Below are positions 16,661 through 25,052 of a stretch of 40,734 nt of DNA, in pieces. The first letter of the stretch is position 1; every line of letters begins with the position of its first letter. The DNA is from Candidatus Woesearchaeota archaeon (lineage in GTDB: Archaea > Nanobdellota > Nanobdellia > Pacearchaeales > GW2011-AR1), in NCBI GenBank assembly GCA_964383885.1, contig CAYLHY010000001.1, positions 1 through 40,734 of the forward strand. The letters are read 5' to 3'. The position numbers and the translations under genes were made by a program. The notes under the pieces were generated by a model, which saw nothing but the letters and a program-made list of their open reading frames with translations, made no database searches and was not told the DNA's origin.

Positions 16661-17578
16661 TTATTTTTCCTCTCCAAAGTTTTCTTGTTTAACTTCAGGA
16701 GTTTGAGCTTCTTGAGATTTTTCTTCAGATTCTTTAGATGTTTCTTTAGTTTTAATTTCTGTTTTTTCAGTTTCTTTAATTTCTGTTTCCTTTATTAATG
16801 AAGATAAAACTTTTTCATGCATTGAAGCTTTAGATAATAAAAATTTAATTGTTTCTTTACTAAAATAATTAATTTCAACAGCAAATGCAAGAGCTTTTGA
16901 ATAACCTTCCTGAATATTTTTAATTGCTTCTTCAGGGTTTATTTTTATTTCTAAATATACTTTATTTGTTTCTTTATCAAGAATAATTAAAGGAATAAGT
17001 CCTATTGAAAAAGGCTTAATGTCTAGTTTTGACATAACATCTGCAGCTTCATTGCTTATTTTTTCTCCTTTTTTTACAATGACTTTAGGAGCTTTTATTG
17101 AAATTTTTCCTTTTTCAATCTGAACTTGAATTCCTAATGCACCTAATTCACTAATAGCAGGTCCTGGCATTAAATCAGTTGGCCCTGCTTGCACTTCAAT
17201 ATCTTCTGGAGCTTCTTGTCCGGGTTTTGCTTTTGCAGGACTTTTATTCTTCAATAAATCTGCTGAAAGTTCAAATCCTTCTATATCTGAGAATAACACC
17301 GCAGTACTGTCTTTAAAATGTTCCTTAAGAACAGATGCATTTTCCTTGTCAATATTAGAAGAGTCTAATGCCCTGAAAAAAAGATTTTTTTTAGGTATTT
17401 TAATAATTGCTTTATCTCTGAATTTTTTACTAATCTCCTGCAATTGAGACGCAGGAAGATTTTTTATTGACGCGAATAAAATTGTTTTTTTATTGTTTAG
17501 AAGTTCTATTAGTTCTTCAACTATCTTTATCTTGTATTCTGGAACTGTTCTTTTTGCTGATTTTGAATTTTCAGTCAT
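16661..17578 (-). CDS. rpl10: 50S ribosomal stalk protein uL10 (P0)
   Basis: [59 protein letters not shown] follows the P0 N-terminal pattern. It sits between rpl1 and rpl12. The tail is K/E/T-rich and ends ...QENFGEEK. Confidence 0.88.
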   Translation of the reverse strand: MTENSKSAKRTVPEYKIKIVEELIELLNNKKTILFASIKNLPASQLQEISKKFRDKAIIKIPKKNLFFRALDSSNIDKENASVLKEHFKDSTAVLFSDIEGFELSADLLKNKSPAKAKPGQEAPEDIEVQAGPTDLMPGPAISELGALGIQVQIEKGKISIKAPKVIVKKGEKISNEAADVMSKLDIKPFSIGLIPLIILDKETNKVYLEIKINPEEAIKNIQEGYSKALAFAVEINYFSKETIKFLLSKASMHEKVLSSLIKETEIKETEKTEIKTKETSKESEEKSQEAQTPEVKQENFGEEK

Positions 17579-17579
17579 T

Positions 17580-18212
17580 TTATCTTATGTTGATTTTTTG
17601 AGGTTTAGTCATAGTGAACTTTAGTTCAATATTCTTAATGTTTTCTTTATTTCTTGGAAGAGCTTTGATTAAAGCGTTGTATACAGCTAAAATATTCTCA
17701 ATAATTTTAGAATCTTCAAGACTTTGTTTGCCAACAGCAAGTTTAACACTCGCTTCTTTAACTTTTAGTTTCACACTGCTGTTTATTTTTTCTATGAGTT
17801 CCTTTATAATATTATCATTAACATTTCCCATTATAATCCCCATTTGAGGGGAAGGCATTTTTCCTGCAGGTCCAAGAACTCTTCCAAAGACAGATGCAAC
17901 TTTTGGCATTAAATTTGCTTGAGCTATGAAAAAATCATATTTTTTTGCAAGTTTTTTTAATTCTTTTTTATCAGAATATTTTTTGAATTTTTCAGGAGTT
18001 ATAGTATCTACATTTTTATTTTCAACTTCTAGAAATCCAGCAATCTTTTTATTTTTAATTTTATGAGGAACACTTACAAAAAGATTAATTGGATTTTTCT
18101 TAACATCATATTTTTGAAGATTTATAATTAAGTCTACTGTCTGGTCAAATTTTCTTTCTTTTTCTTTTCTTAATTCACTAAGAGCTTTTTGTAATTTTTC
18201 TTTTAGTTCCAT
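17580..18212 (-). CDS. rpl1: 50S ribosomal protein uL1
   Basis: RKFDQTVDLIINLQKYDVKKNPINLFVSVPH...FFIAQANLMPKVASVFGRVLGPAGKMP is the L1 signature. GGAGGT lies 5 nt upstream of the ATG. Confidence 0.9.
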   Translation of the reverse strand: MELKEKLQKALSELRKEKERKFDQTVDLIINLQKYDVKKNPINLFVSVPHKIKNKKIAGFLEVENKNVDTITPEKFKKYSDKKELKKLAKKYDFFIAQANLMPKVASVFGRVLGPAGKMPSPQMGIIMGNVNDNIIKELIEKINSSVKLKVKEASVKLAVGKQSLEDSKIIENILAVYNALIKALPRNKENIKNIELKFTMTKPQKINIR

Positions 18213-18222
18213 TTTAACCTCC

Positions 18223-18275
18223 CATATTATGCGCCCAGATGCAGAATTCTAGTCAAGCATCTGAAACGATATGGT
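18223..18275 (-). promoter_or_regulatory. Structured 5' leader of the rpl1-rpl10-rpl12 mRNA (two-tier hairpin abutting the SD)
   Basis: The inner stem CAGATGC(18237-18243)/GCATCTG(18258-18264) has 7 bp. The outer stem CCATAT(18223-18228)/ATATGG(18270-18275) has 6 bp. On the minus strand the 3' arm of the outer stem overlaps the first G of GGAGGT. The segment is locally G/C-richer than other intergenic DNA here. A TATA-like ATATTTAAAAAC lies about 35 nt further upstream. Confidence 0.45.
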
Positions 18276-18345
18276 TCAATCGGTTGATTAAGCAAGATAA
18301 ATTTAGTTTTTAAATATTTCTAATATTAATCTGGAATAACAATTC

Positions 18346-18353
18346 TTAAATAC
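18346..18353 (+). promoter_or_regulatory. TATA-like box for the leaderless 18375 ORF
   Basis: CTTAAATA with 21 nt before the ATG at 18375. Confidence 0.45.
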
Positions 18354-18374
18354 TTGCTCTTTTTTCAATTATCT

Positions 18375-18725
18375 ATGGAACTTGTAGCACTGCTTTCTTC
18401 AGGAAAAGGAACCTGGGCGCAGATATCAGGATTAATGACTTACGGAGAATGGGAAAAAATAATTCTTCTTGGAGATGATTTTGCCAAAGATTTCAAACAC
18501 AATAAAAAATTTGAATTTATTAAAATTAATTTAAATCAGAGAATTAAAGATTTAAAAGAAGAAATATCAAAAAAATTAAAGGGAAAAATTAATGGAACTG
18601 AAGTAGCATTAAGCATAGCAAGCGGAAATGGAAAAGAACACATGGCATTAATTTCAGCTCTCATCAATCTTCCTGTTGGAATAAGATTCGCAGCACTAAC
18701 AAAAGAAGGTGTTATTGATTTGTAA
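18375..18725 (+). CDS. Hypothetical small soluble protein (116 aa)
   Basis: ATG at 18375 (MELVALLSSGKGTW...). The track start at 18354 is a TTG lying inside the promoter. Alternating beta/alpha-like pattern with two Gly-rich loops. Family not recognised. Confidence 0.55.
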   Translation: MELVALLSSGKGTWAQISGLMTYGEWEKIILLGDDFAKDFKHNKKFEFIKINLNQRIKDLKEEISKKLKGKINGTEVALSIASGNGKEHMALISALINLPVGIRFAALTKEGVIDL

Positions 18726-18726
18726 A

Positions 18727-18996
18727 ATGCTTTTATTACTTAACATTATGCTTTTAGTCTTGCTCATAACAACTTTAATAGTCCTTTTTATGAAAAATTA
18801 TTTTTTATCAAGATTATTAGGAGAAGTGTGCGCAGATTTAGGTGTAGGAATTATTGCAGGTTCAATACTTTCTTATTTCCTTCTAAAAAATTTGAGTTTT
18901 TTAGTTTTTTCAATCATAGGAATTTTTTTAATTATTTACGGAACACTTTTAATTTTCTTTGCTGAATCTCTTCTTGTTAAATCTTCTGAATACTAA
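18727..18996 (+). CDS. Hypothetical small membrane protein (about 3 TM)
   Basis: ATG 1 nt after the preceding stop. Strongly hydrophobic sequence: LLVLLITTLIVLF, GVGIIAGSILSYFLL, FLVFSIIGIFLIIYGTLLIFF. Confidence 0.5.
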   Translation: MLLLLNIMLLVLLITTLIVLFMKNYFLSRLLGEVCADLGVGIIAGSILSYFLLKNLSFLVFSIIGIFLIIYGTLLIFFAESLLVKSSEY

Positions 18997-19003
18997 TTCA
19001 GAA

Positions 19004-20011
19004 TTAAATTTCTTTTCTTTTAATCTTCAAATCTTTTTTGCTTTTTCCTAAAACAACAGCTCTTGAAGGCTTATGAAAATCTAAAATTTTGTATTTTTGT
19101 TTTTTTAATTCTTTTTCTAGTTTTTTAGCAAAATCAATCATTTCTTTTTCATCAGGCATTTTTTCATATCCAAGTCTTTTTCTTGCAAATCCCACTGACA
19201 TATATCCTTTTAATTCAATAAACATTGGCTTAGCTTTAATTATAAGTTTTGCAAATTTCTTTGCATCTTCATCAGACATGTTGATTCCTCTTATTAAATT
19301 AATCCTGAAAACTGTTCTTGTTTTTCCTTTAACCTCTGACATTACTTTAAGACTTTCATTTAGTTTTTCCCATGCATTTTTTTCTGAGCTTCTATGAAAC
19401 CAATTGTATAATTTTTTATCCGGAATATTAACTGAAATATAAAGCTGAGTTGGAAGCTGTTTTTTTCTTTTTAATTCTTTTAATTTTTCAGGGCAAAGGC
19501 CGTTTGTAACAAGAAAACTTGTTTTTTTTCTTCTTCTAAGTTCCTCAATTAACTCTCCTATTTTTGGATAGAGAGTTGGCTCTCCTGCTAAAGATATTGC
19601 AAACTGCGTAGGTTCTTGAGCTTCTCGCCATTTTTTCATATCAGCTTTACTGATTCTTTTTTTAGTGGTGGGAAGAATTTTAAAACCTTGTAAAAGTTTT
19701 CTTTGAGCTTTAATGCATCCATCAATAATTTCTTTTGGAGAATCAAAATCTCCTTCAGGAAATTTATTTCCAAGAGTAAGTTCTATTGCACGCCAGCAAT
19801 GAAGACATCTGTTTTGACACCACATTACACAAGGAGTCATCTGGCAGCATTTATGGCTCTGTATACCATAAAATTTTTCCTTGTAGCACACACCCTCGTT
19901 TTTTATAGACTTTTTAGTCCATCTGCAAATCTGAACTGCACTATGCCCTTTTTTTCCAACAATTTCATAATGCTGTTTTTTCAATATTTTTTTTATTTCT
20001 TCAGGAATCAT
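19004..20011 (-). CDS. taw1: tRNA 4-demethylwyosine synthase (radical SAM, Taw1/TYW1)
   Basis: The N-terminal YGIQSHKCCQMTPCVMWCQNRCLHCWR carries the auxiliary Cys plus the CxxxCxxC radical-SAM cluster. LAGEPTLYP and FLVTNG follow, as in archaeal TYW1. Confidence 0.8.
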   Translation of the reverse strand: MIPEEIKKILKKQHYEIVGKKGHSAVQICRWTKKSIKNEGVCYKEKFYGIQSHKCCQMTPCVMWCQNRCLHCWRAIELTLGNKFPEGDFDSPKEIIDGCIKAQRKLLQGFKILPTTKKRISKADMKKWREAQEPTQFAISLAGEPTLYPKIGELIEELRRRKKTSFLVTNGLCPEKLKELKRKKQLPTQLYISVNIPDKKLYNWFHRSSEKNAWEKLNESLKVMSEVKGKTRTVFRINLIRGINMSDEDAKKFAKLIIKAKPMFIELKGYMSVGFARKRLGYEKMPDEKEMIDFAKKLEKELKKQKYKILDFHKPSRAVVLGKSKKDLKIKRKEI

Positions 20012-20012
20012 T

Positions 20013-21452
20013 TTAAAAAAGACTTCTCACCCATGAAAATAAAATAAGGAGAAGTAAAAATAAAAATAGCATAGTAACTGCATTAAAAGTTTTTTTTGCT
20101 TTTGATTCACTTTTGGTTACTGCAAGTATTGTAAGATAAAAAAATCTTCCTCCATCAAAAATTCCGATTGGAAGCATATTTATCAACGCAACACTGAATG
20201 AAATTAAAACAATCCACCATAATAAATTGTAAATGAATTCACTTGTTTTACATTTTGGTTTGTAATAAACATACGGATCTCTGAAAAAAGTTACAAAACT
20301 CATTATTCTTCCTAAAAAACCTCTTGGATTTTTATTATAAAAAACAATTCCCAGCCAAGGAAGATTCTCATCATCAGGATTTTTTCCTAAAACAATTTTG
20401 TATTCTTTTTCTCCTTCTTGTGTTGAAGTTTTAATAATTATTTCTTGCCCAGGAGATTTTTTAGACAACTCCTCAGAAAGCTGATTTAAATTTTTTATTT
20501 TAACATTATCTATTTCAGATATAGCACCTGTTAATCCTGCGTTTATTGCAGGAGCATCATAATACACTATTAAAAGATTTTTTTCATTGAATAATTTTTT
20601 ACTTTGTGAATTTTCAAAAAAATCTCTGCTTATTAAATATTTATCATTATTTTTAAGAATAATTTCATTTCTTTTAGGGTTTAAAATTTTTAAAATACTT
20701 TCATAGTTTAAATCAGTAAGAGTAACATTGTTGATTGTTTGTATATCTGAAACATTAATTGCAGAATAAGCATAATTATCAAAAACAACTCCTTCTGGAG
20801 AATAACTCATATAAAAAAATCCTCCCATTAAAACAAGGAAAAAAATTCCAGCAAGAACATTAGCAAAAGTTCCTGCAGAGAGTGTTGCCATTTGTTTGAA
20901 TTTGCTTTTTTTACTTAATTCTTTTTCATCTAATTCTACAAAAGCAGCTAAAAAAACAGGAAGAAAATACGGAAAAAATCCAAATCCTGTTGATTTGATT
21001 CTAACTTTACTGTAAACTGCATACAATCCATGAGCAAATTCATGAGGAATTGCAATTATAGCAATAATTATAATCCAGTAGATAAAATAAAATGGAGGAA
21101 GAAAATCAAGATTAAAAACTCTAGGAATATACGGAACTAAAGGCATAATAGGAGGTATTTTAATTGATTTTACAAAATCAAGATTAAATAAATAAATCCA
21201 AACTATTTTTCCAAAAAAATAAATTGCAGATATCATTAAAAAATATCCTAAAAATATTGACACCCATGCAAAAAATTTCAAAAGAGGTTTATTTTTTTTG
21301 CTGAATTTTTTTATTAATTTTATCCCCCAGCTTGTTTTATATAACAATAACAATCCTTCTCTAGATATTTTTTCTTTTCTAGAATGAAGAAAAATAGAGA
21401 TAAAAATAATAAAAATTATTAAAAGAACTGCATCATAAATCAAGAAACTCAT
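20013..21452 (-). CDS. M50-family site-2 metalloprotease with an inserted PDZ-like region
   Basis: HEFAHGLYA (HExxH) lies in a TM helix. The distal motif is NMLPIGIFDGGRFF (NxxPxxxxDG). Multi-TM protein. Begins 1 nt after the rpl40e stop. Confidence 0.8.
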   Translation of the reverse strand: MSFLIYDAVLLIIFIIFISIFLHSRKEKISREGLLLLYKTSWGIKLIKKFSKKNKPLLKFFAWVSIFLGYFLMISAIYFFGKIVWIYLFNLDFVKSIKIPPIMPLVPYIPRVFNLDFLPPFYFIYWIIIIAIIAIPHEFAHGLYAVYSKVRIKSTGFGFFPYFLPVFLAAFVELDEKELSKKSKFKQMATLSAGTFANVLAGIFFLVLMGGFFYMSYSPEGVVFDNYAYSAINVSDIQTINNVTLTDLNYESILKILNPKRNEIILKNNDKYLISRDFFENSQSKKLFNEKNLLIVYYDAPAINAGLTGAISEIDNVKIKNLNQLSEELSKKSPGQEIIIKTSTQEGEKEYKIVLGKNPDDENLPWLGIVFYNKNPRGFLGRIMSFVTFFRDPYVYYKPKCKTSEFIYNLLWWIVLISFSVALINMLPIGIFDGGRFFYLTILAVTKSESKAKKTFNAVTMLFLFLLLLILFSWVRSLF

Positions 21453-21453
21453 T

Positions 21454-21615
21454 TTATTTTTTTCTTAATGGCCTAAAGGTTCTATTTTTGCATTTCCTGC
21501 ATTTAACTTTTCCTTCTAATATTTTTAGAGGCTCTGCTCTTATTTTATTTTTGCATTTTTTGCAAACAAAAACATTTTTAAAAAGTCTGTTTTGAGCTTC
21601 TGGAATTTTAGCCAT
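21454..21615 (-). CDS. rpl40e: 50S ribosomal protein eL40 (53 aa; not in the ORF track)
   Basis: My translation is MAKIPEAQNRLFKNVFVCKKCKNKIRAEPLKILEGKVKCRKCKNRTFRPLRKK. It has a CxxC...CxxC zinc ribbon, and the N-terminus resembles archaeal L40e (MARFPEAE.R.F...C..C). Confidence 0.8.
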   Translation of the reverse strand: MAKIPEAQNRLFKNVFVCKKCKNKIRAEPLKILEGKVKCRKCKNRTFRPLRKK

Positions 21616-21645
21616 TTTACTTAGATTTTATTCAGGTATTTATTT

Positions 21646-22038
21646 TTAAAGTTTCCTCTTAATTATTTTCTGCCCTTCAATATCCCAGTATTCAGCATTT
21701 CCTCCTTCTACTAGTGTTTCTTTTATTTCTTCAGAAGGTGTTGGAACTTCAATTGTTTCAAAAGTTTCAAGATCCATTAAACTTACTACTGAGTCTCCAA
21801 TTGAAAGAACTTGAGCTTTTCTTTTTTCAACTATTGGCACTTCTAGTTTATCATGTCCAGGAACAACAAAGATTTTTTTACTTCCATCAATAATGCCTAC
21901 AGCCTCAATTCTTACTTTAGCATGTCCGTGTTTTCCTGTTTTGCTTATGTTTACTTTTTTTACAGTGCATGGCTTTCCATCAACAATGATATTAGTTCCA
22001 GTTTTCACTTCAGTAGCATTAATTATCTTAGCAACCAT
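21646..22038 (-). CDS. eif5a: Translation initiation/elongation factor aIF5A
   Basis: The hypusine loop is SKTGKHGHAKVRIEAVGIFDG-like (ISKTGKHGHAKVRIEAVGIIDG), followed by a C-terminal OB domain. Confidence 0.92.
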   Translation of the reverse strand: MVAKIINATEVKTGTNIIVDGKPCTVKKVNISKTGKHGHAKVRIEAVGIIDGSKKIFVVPGHDKLEVPIVEKRKAQVLSIGDSVVSLMDLETFETIEVPTPSEEIKETLVEGGNAEYWDIEGQKIIKRKL

Positions 22039-22059
22039 ATCTTATTCAAAAAAAATAGA

Positions 22060-22067
22060 TTTATAAA
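22060..22067. promoter_or_regulatory. Single palindromic TATA box (TTTATAAA) centred between divergent aIF5A and FKBP start codons
   Basis: The intergenic spacer 22039-22088 is 50 nt: 21 nt, then TTTATAAA, then 21 nt. TTTATAAA is its own reverse complement. Both flanks are A-rich on the respective coding strand, which is BRE-like. Confidence 0.55.
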
Positions 22068-22088
22068 CGTTTTTGCTGAACAATTTAC

Positions 22089-22715
22089 ATGGCATTAAAA
22101 GAAAAAGATTTTATTGAGATAGAATTCACTGGAAAAACCCAGGAAGGAGAGATATTTGATTCAAATATTTCAGAGGATATTAAAAAAGCAGGATTAAAAA
22201 CAAAAGCTAAGCCATTTATATTTGCTTTAGGCCAGGGAATGTTTCTCAAAGGAGTAGATGATTTTTTAATTGGCAAAGAACCTGGAAAAACTTATGAAAT
22301 AAAATTATCCCCTGAAAATGCATTTGGTGTAAGAGACCCTAATCTTGTTCATGTTATGCCTATGTCTTTATTCAAACAACATAATCTAACTCCTTTTCCA
22401 GGAGCTGTTTTTAATTTTGATGGAAAATTAGCTAAGATTCTTTCAGTTTCAGGAGGCAGAGTAAGAGTGGATTTTAATAATCTTTTAGCAGGAAAAAATG
22501 TTGAGTATAAAGTTAAGGTATTGAGAAAAGTTACTGATTTGAATGAAAAAGTAAAAGCATTTATAGAATTTTTATTTAGAAGGGATTTTGACTTTGAAAT
22601 AAAAGATAAAAAATTAATCATCAAGACAGAGCCAAAATTCAAGAAGTTTATTGAATTATTTAAGGGTAAGTTTAAAGAAATTTTAGGATTAGATTTAGAA
22701 ATCAAAGAACTTTAA
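22089..22715 (+). CDS. FKBP-type peptidyl-prolyl cis-trans isomerase (archaeal long type with IF/chaperone insert)
   Basis: DFIEIEFTGKTQEGEIFDSN ... FALGQGMFLKGVDDFLIGKEPGKTYEIKLSPENAFGVRDPNLV ... GRVRVDFNNLLAGK follows the FKBP/SlyD-like pattern. Confidence 0.85.
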   Translation: MALKEKDFIEIEFTGKTQEGEIFDSNISEDIKKAGLKTKAKPFIFALGQGMFLKGVDDFLIGKEPGKTYEIKLSPENAFGVRDPNLVHVMPMSLFKQHNLTPFPGAVFNFDGKLAKILSVSGGRVRVDFNNLLAGKNVEYKVKVLRKVTDLNEKVKAFIEFLFRRDFDFEIKDKKLIIKTEPKFKKFIELFKGKFKEILGLDLEIKEL

Positions 22716-22781
22716 TTAAATTCAAAACTTAAATCCTTCTTTAACCTATAGTATGAATTATACAATAAAACCACAATAATT

Positions 22782-22789
22782 CTTATAAA
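22782..22789 (+). promoter_or_regulatory. TATA box for leaderless ftsZ
   Basis: CTTATAAA with 21 nt before the ATG at 22811. Confidence 0.5.
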
Positions 22790-22810
22790 CAGATTACACT
22801 TATTTTCACT

Positions 22811-23935
22811 ATGGATATTTATGAACAGCCAACTTCTGAATCTAAGCCTAATCCTGAATTTTCTCAGTTTTCTAAACCAGGAAGTGTTTCAGAAGTAGAT
22901 AAAGAACTTGAAGAAATCTTAAAACAACAATCTGCTAAAATAAAGGTTGTTGGTGTAGGAGGAGGAGGAAATAATTCTTTAAGCAGAATGAAAGAAATTG
23001 GAATTAAAGGCGGAGAATTAATAGCAATTAACACTGATGCTCAGGATTTATTATACGCAAGTGCAGACCAGAAAATACTCATTGGAAGAGAACTCACCCA
23101 AGGATTAGGAGCAGGAAGCAATCCAAGAATTGGAGAAGAAGCTGCAAAAGAATCTGAAGCAGAAATCAAGAAAAAGCTATCTGGAGCAGATATGGTCTTT
23201 ATTACATGTGGATTAGGAGGAGGAACTGGAACAGGTGCAGCTCCTGAAGTAGCAAGAATATCCAAAAGATTAGGAGCTTTAACAATTGGAGTTGTTACTT
23301 TGCCTTTTACAATTGAAGGAAGAAAAAGAATTGAAAACGCAATGGAAGGTTTAGAAAGAATGGAGTCAATGGTGGACACATTAATAGTTATTCCTAATGA
23401 TAAACTCCTTGAATTAGCTCCTGAATTGCCATTGCATACAGCATTTAAAATTTCAGATGAAATATTAACTAATGCAGTAAAAGGAGTCACAGAATTAGTA
23501 ACTGTTTCTGGTTTAGTTAATCTTGATTTTGCTGATATAAAAACAATCATGCTTGATGGAGGAGTTTCTCTAATTGGAATGGGTGAATCTGATACAGAAC
23601 AAAGAGCATTAGATGCTGTTGGAAAAGCAATTCAAAATCCTTTACTAGATGTTGATATCTCTGATGCTACTGGAGCTTTAGTGAATATAATTGGAGGAAG
23701 TGACATGAGTCTTGATGAGTGCAAAGAAATAATTGAAACAGTAGGCCAAAAACTGTCTCCTGATGCAAAATTAATCTGGGGTGCGCAGATTTCTCCTGAT
23801 ATGGAAAAATCAATAAGAGTTTTACTAATAGTAACAGGAGTCAAAAGTTCTCAGATTCTTGGAGGAGCTGAGTCAATTAATTCCATAAAACACAGAGAAA
23901 TTGAAGAAGAATTAGGAATAGAATTTTTTGAATAA
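22811..23935 (+). CDS. ftsZ: Cell division GTPase FtsZ
   Basis: IKVVGVGGGGNNSLSRM, the tubulin signature GLGGGTGTGAAP, NTDAQDL, and VIPNDKLLEL. Confidence 0.95.
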   Translation: MDIYEQPTSESKPNPEFSQFSKPGSVSEVDKELEEILKQQSAKIKVVGVGGGGNNSLSRMKEIGIKGGELIAINTDAQDLLYASADQKILIGRELTQGLGAGSNPRIGEEAAKESEAEIKKKLSGADMVFITCGLGGGTGTGAAPEVARISKRLGALTIGVVTLPFTIEGRKRIENAMEGLERMESMVDTLIVIPNDKLLELAPELPLHTAFKISDEILTNAVKGVTELVTVSGLVNLDFADIKTIMLDGGVSLIGMGESDTEQRALDAVGKAIQNPLLDVDISDATGALVNIIGGSDMSLDECKEIIETVGQKLSPDAKLIWGAQISPDMEKSIRVLLIVTGVKSSQILGGAESINSIKHREIEEELGIEFFE

Positions 23936-23937
23936 AA

Positions 23938-24243
23938 ATGAGAGAGTTAAATGTTGATGAAATAAGAAAGATTTTTAGAGATTACTTAGAAGCTCAATCA
24001 AACATTAACAGAATTCTCCAAAGACAAGATCCTAACTTTTTTGTTAAAAGTCCAGACCAATATCTTACTCCAACAGTTGTGAGTTATAAAGTTCCCTTAG
24101 ATGATGAACGAGGAGAATTAATGCACTATATTTCCATTAGGAATGCTTTGGAAAAATTACTTCTAGGACAGCCCATAGAAGATTGCCCCGAAGCTTTAAA
24201 AAGAGCTCCTGATTTTATTAAAGATAGATTAAAATCTCAATAA
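23938..24243 (+). CDS. Hypothetical protein (101 aa) coupled to ftsZ
   Basis: ATG 2 nt after the ftsZ stop, with no promoter of its own. No recognisable motif. Confidence 0.55.
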   Translation: MRELNVDEIRKIFRDYLEAQSNINRILQRQDPNFFVKSPDQYLTPTVVSYKVPLDDERGELMHYISIRNALEKLLLGQPIEDCPEALKRAPDFIKDRLKSQ

Positions 24244-24262
24244 ACTAAAAATCCTCAATAAT

Positions 24263-24270
24263 TTTAAAAA
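24263..24270 (+). promoter_or_regulatory. TATA box for leaderless secE
   Basis: TTTAAAAA with 22 nt before the ATG at 24293. Confidence 0.45.
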
Positions 24271-24292
24271 CCTTTATTTTTTAATTTAATCT

Positions 24293-24457
24293 ATGGGTAT
24301 AAAATCTTTTTTAATAAAATGCAAAAGAGTATGGCATGCTCTGAAAAAACCAAGTAAAAAAGAATTTTGGACAACAGCAAAAGTAGCTGCAGTGGGAATA
24401 CTAATTATAGGAGCATTTGGATTTATTATTTCACTGATTATGAAAATTTTTACATGA
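24293..24457 (+). CDS. secE: Preprotein translocase subunit SecE / Sec61-gamma (54 aa; not in the ORF track)
   Basis: My translation is MGIKSFLIKCKRVWHALKKPSKKEFWTTAKVAAVGILIIGAFGFIISLIMKIFT. It has the KP.KKEF motif followed by a single C-terminal TM. Position is canonical, immediately upstream of spt5-rpl11. Confidence 0.8.
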   Translation: MGIKSFLIKCKRVWHALKKPSKKEFWTTAKVAAVGILIIGAFGFIISLIMKIFT

Positions 24458-24575
24458 TTTCTAATTACATCTAAAATCAAAATTTAAAAACAATAATTTT
24501 ATAAACCTGAATTTTTTATTTAAATTACTGCTTCTCAATAAGTTATAAAATAGCGGAGCAGGAAAATAAAGCAAA

Positions 24576-25052
24576 ATGATTTTCATAATTAAGGTAACAA
24601 CAAACAAAGAAGAAAGAGCAGTTGAAATGATAGCTGAGAGAGCAGAGAAAAAAAATCTTAATGTTTATTCTGTTTTAAGACCTCATGGACTAAGAGGTTA
24701 CATTTTATTGGAAGCAGAAGATAGAGAATCAGCAGAAGAAGCTGTTTTTAATCTTCCTTATGTAAAAAGCATTATTGGAAAAACAATTAGTTATGATGAA
24801 ATTAAAGGAATGGTTGAACCTTCAGCTTCCCAAGTGTCAATTAAAAAAGGAGATATTGTAGAAATTATTTCTGAACCTTTTAAAAAACAAAAAGCAAAAG
24901 TTTTAAGAATAGATAAACAAAAAGAAGAAGTAGTTGTAAGCTTGCTTGCAGCTGTTGTACCTCTTCCAGTTACAATTAAATTAGATAATGTAAGAGTCAT
25001 AAGGAGGGATGAAACTGAAGAATCTTCTGAAGAAGAAAAACAAGAAAAATGA
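24576..25052 (+). CDS. spt5: Transcription elongation factor Spt5 (archaeal NusG)
   Basis: NGN domain: IFIIKVTTNKEERAVEMIAERAEKKNLNVYSVLRPHGLRGYILLEAED. KOW motif: KKGDIVEIISEPFKKQKAKVLRIDKQKEEVVVSL. Overlaps the rpl11 start by 4 nt. Confidence 0.9.
   Translation: MIFIIKVTTNKEERAVEMIAERAEKKNLNVYSVLRPHGLRGYILLEAEDRESAEEAVFNLPYVKSIIGKTISYDEIKGMVEPSASQVSIKKGDIVEIISEPFKKQKAKVLRIDKQKEEVVVSLLAAVVPLPVTIKLDNVRVIRRDETEESSEEEKQEK

Noticed and set aside
16343-16798. 151-aa plus-strand ORF opposite rpl12/rpl10, with repeated [11 protein letters not shown].
   Set aside because: It is the antisense of the K/E/P-rich stalk-protein tail ([13 protein letters not shown]). The repeat is just the complement of that low-complexity coding repeat.
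18375-18725. Resemblance of the 116-aa protein to a minimal Rossmann/CARF-like ligand-sensing fold (VALLSSGKGTW ... VALSIASGNGKEHMALISALINL).
   Set aside because: The match is only to two generic Gly-rich loop patterns. The protein is shorter than known CARF domains. No cas genes, CRISPR array or effector domain are nearby.
24286-24480. 64-aa minus-strand track ORF.
   Set aside because: It is antisense to a convincing secE gene (24293-24457, plus), which has a proper TATA spacing and the Sec61-gamma motif.
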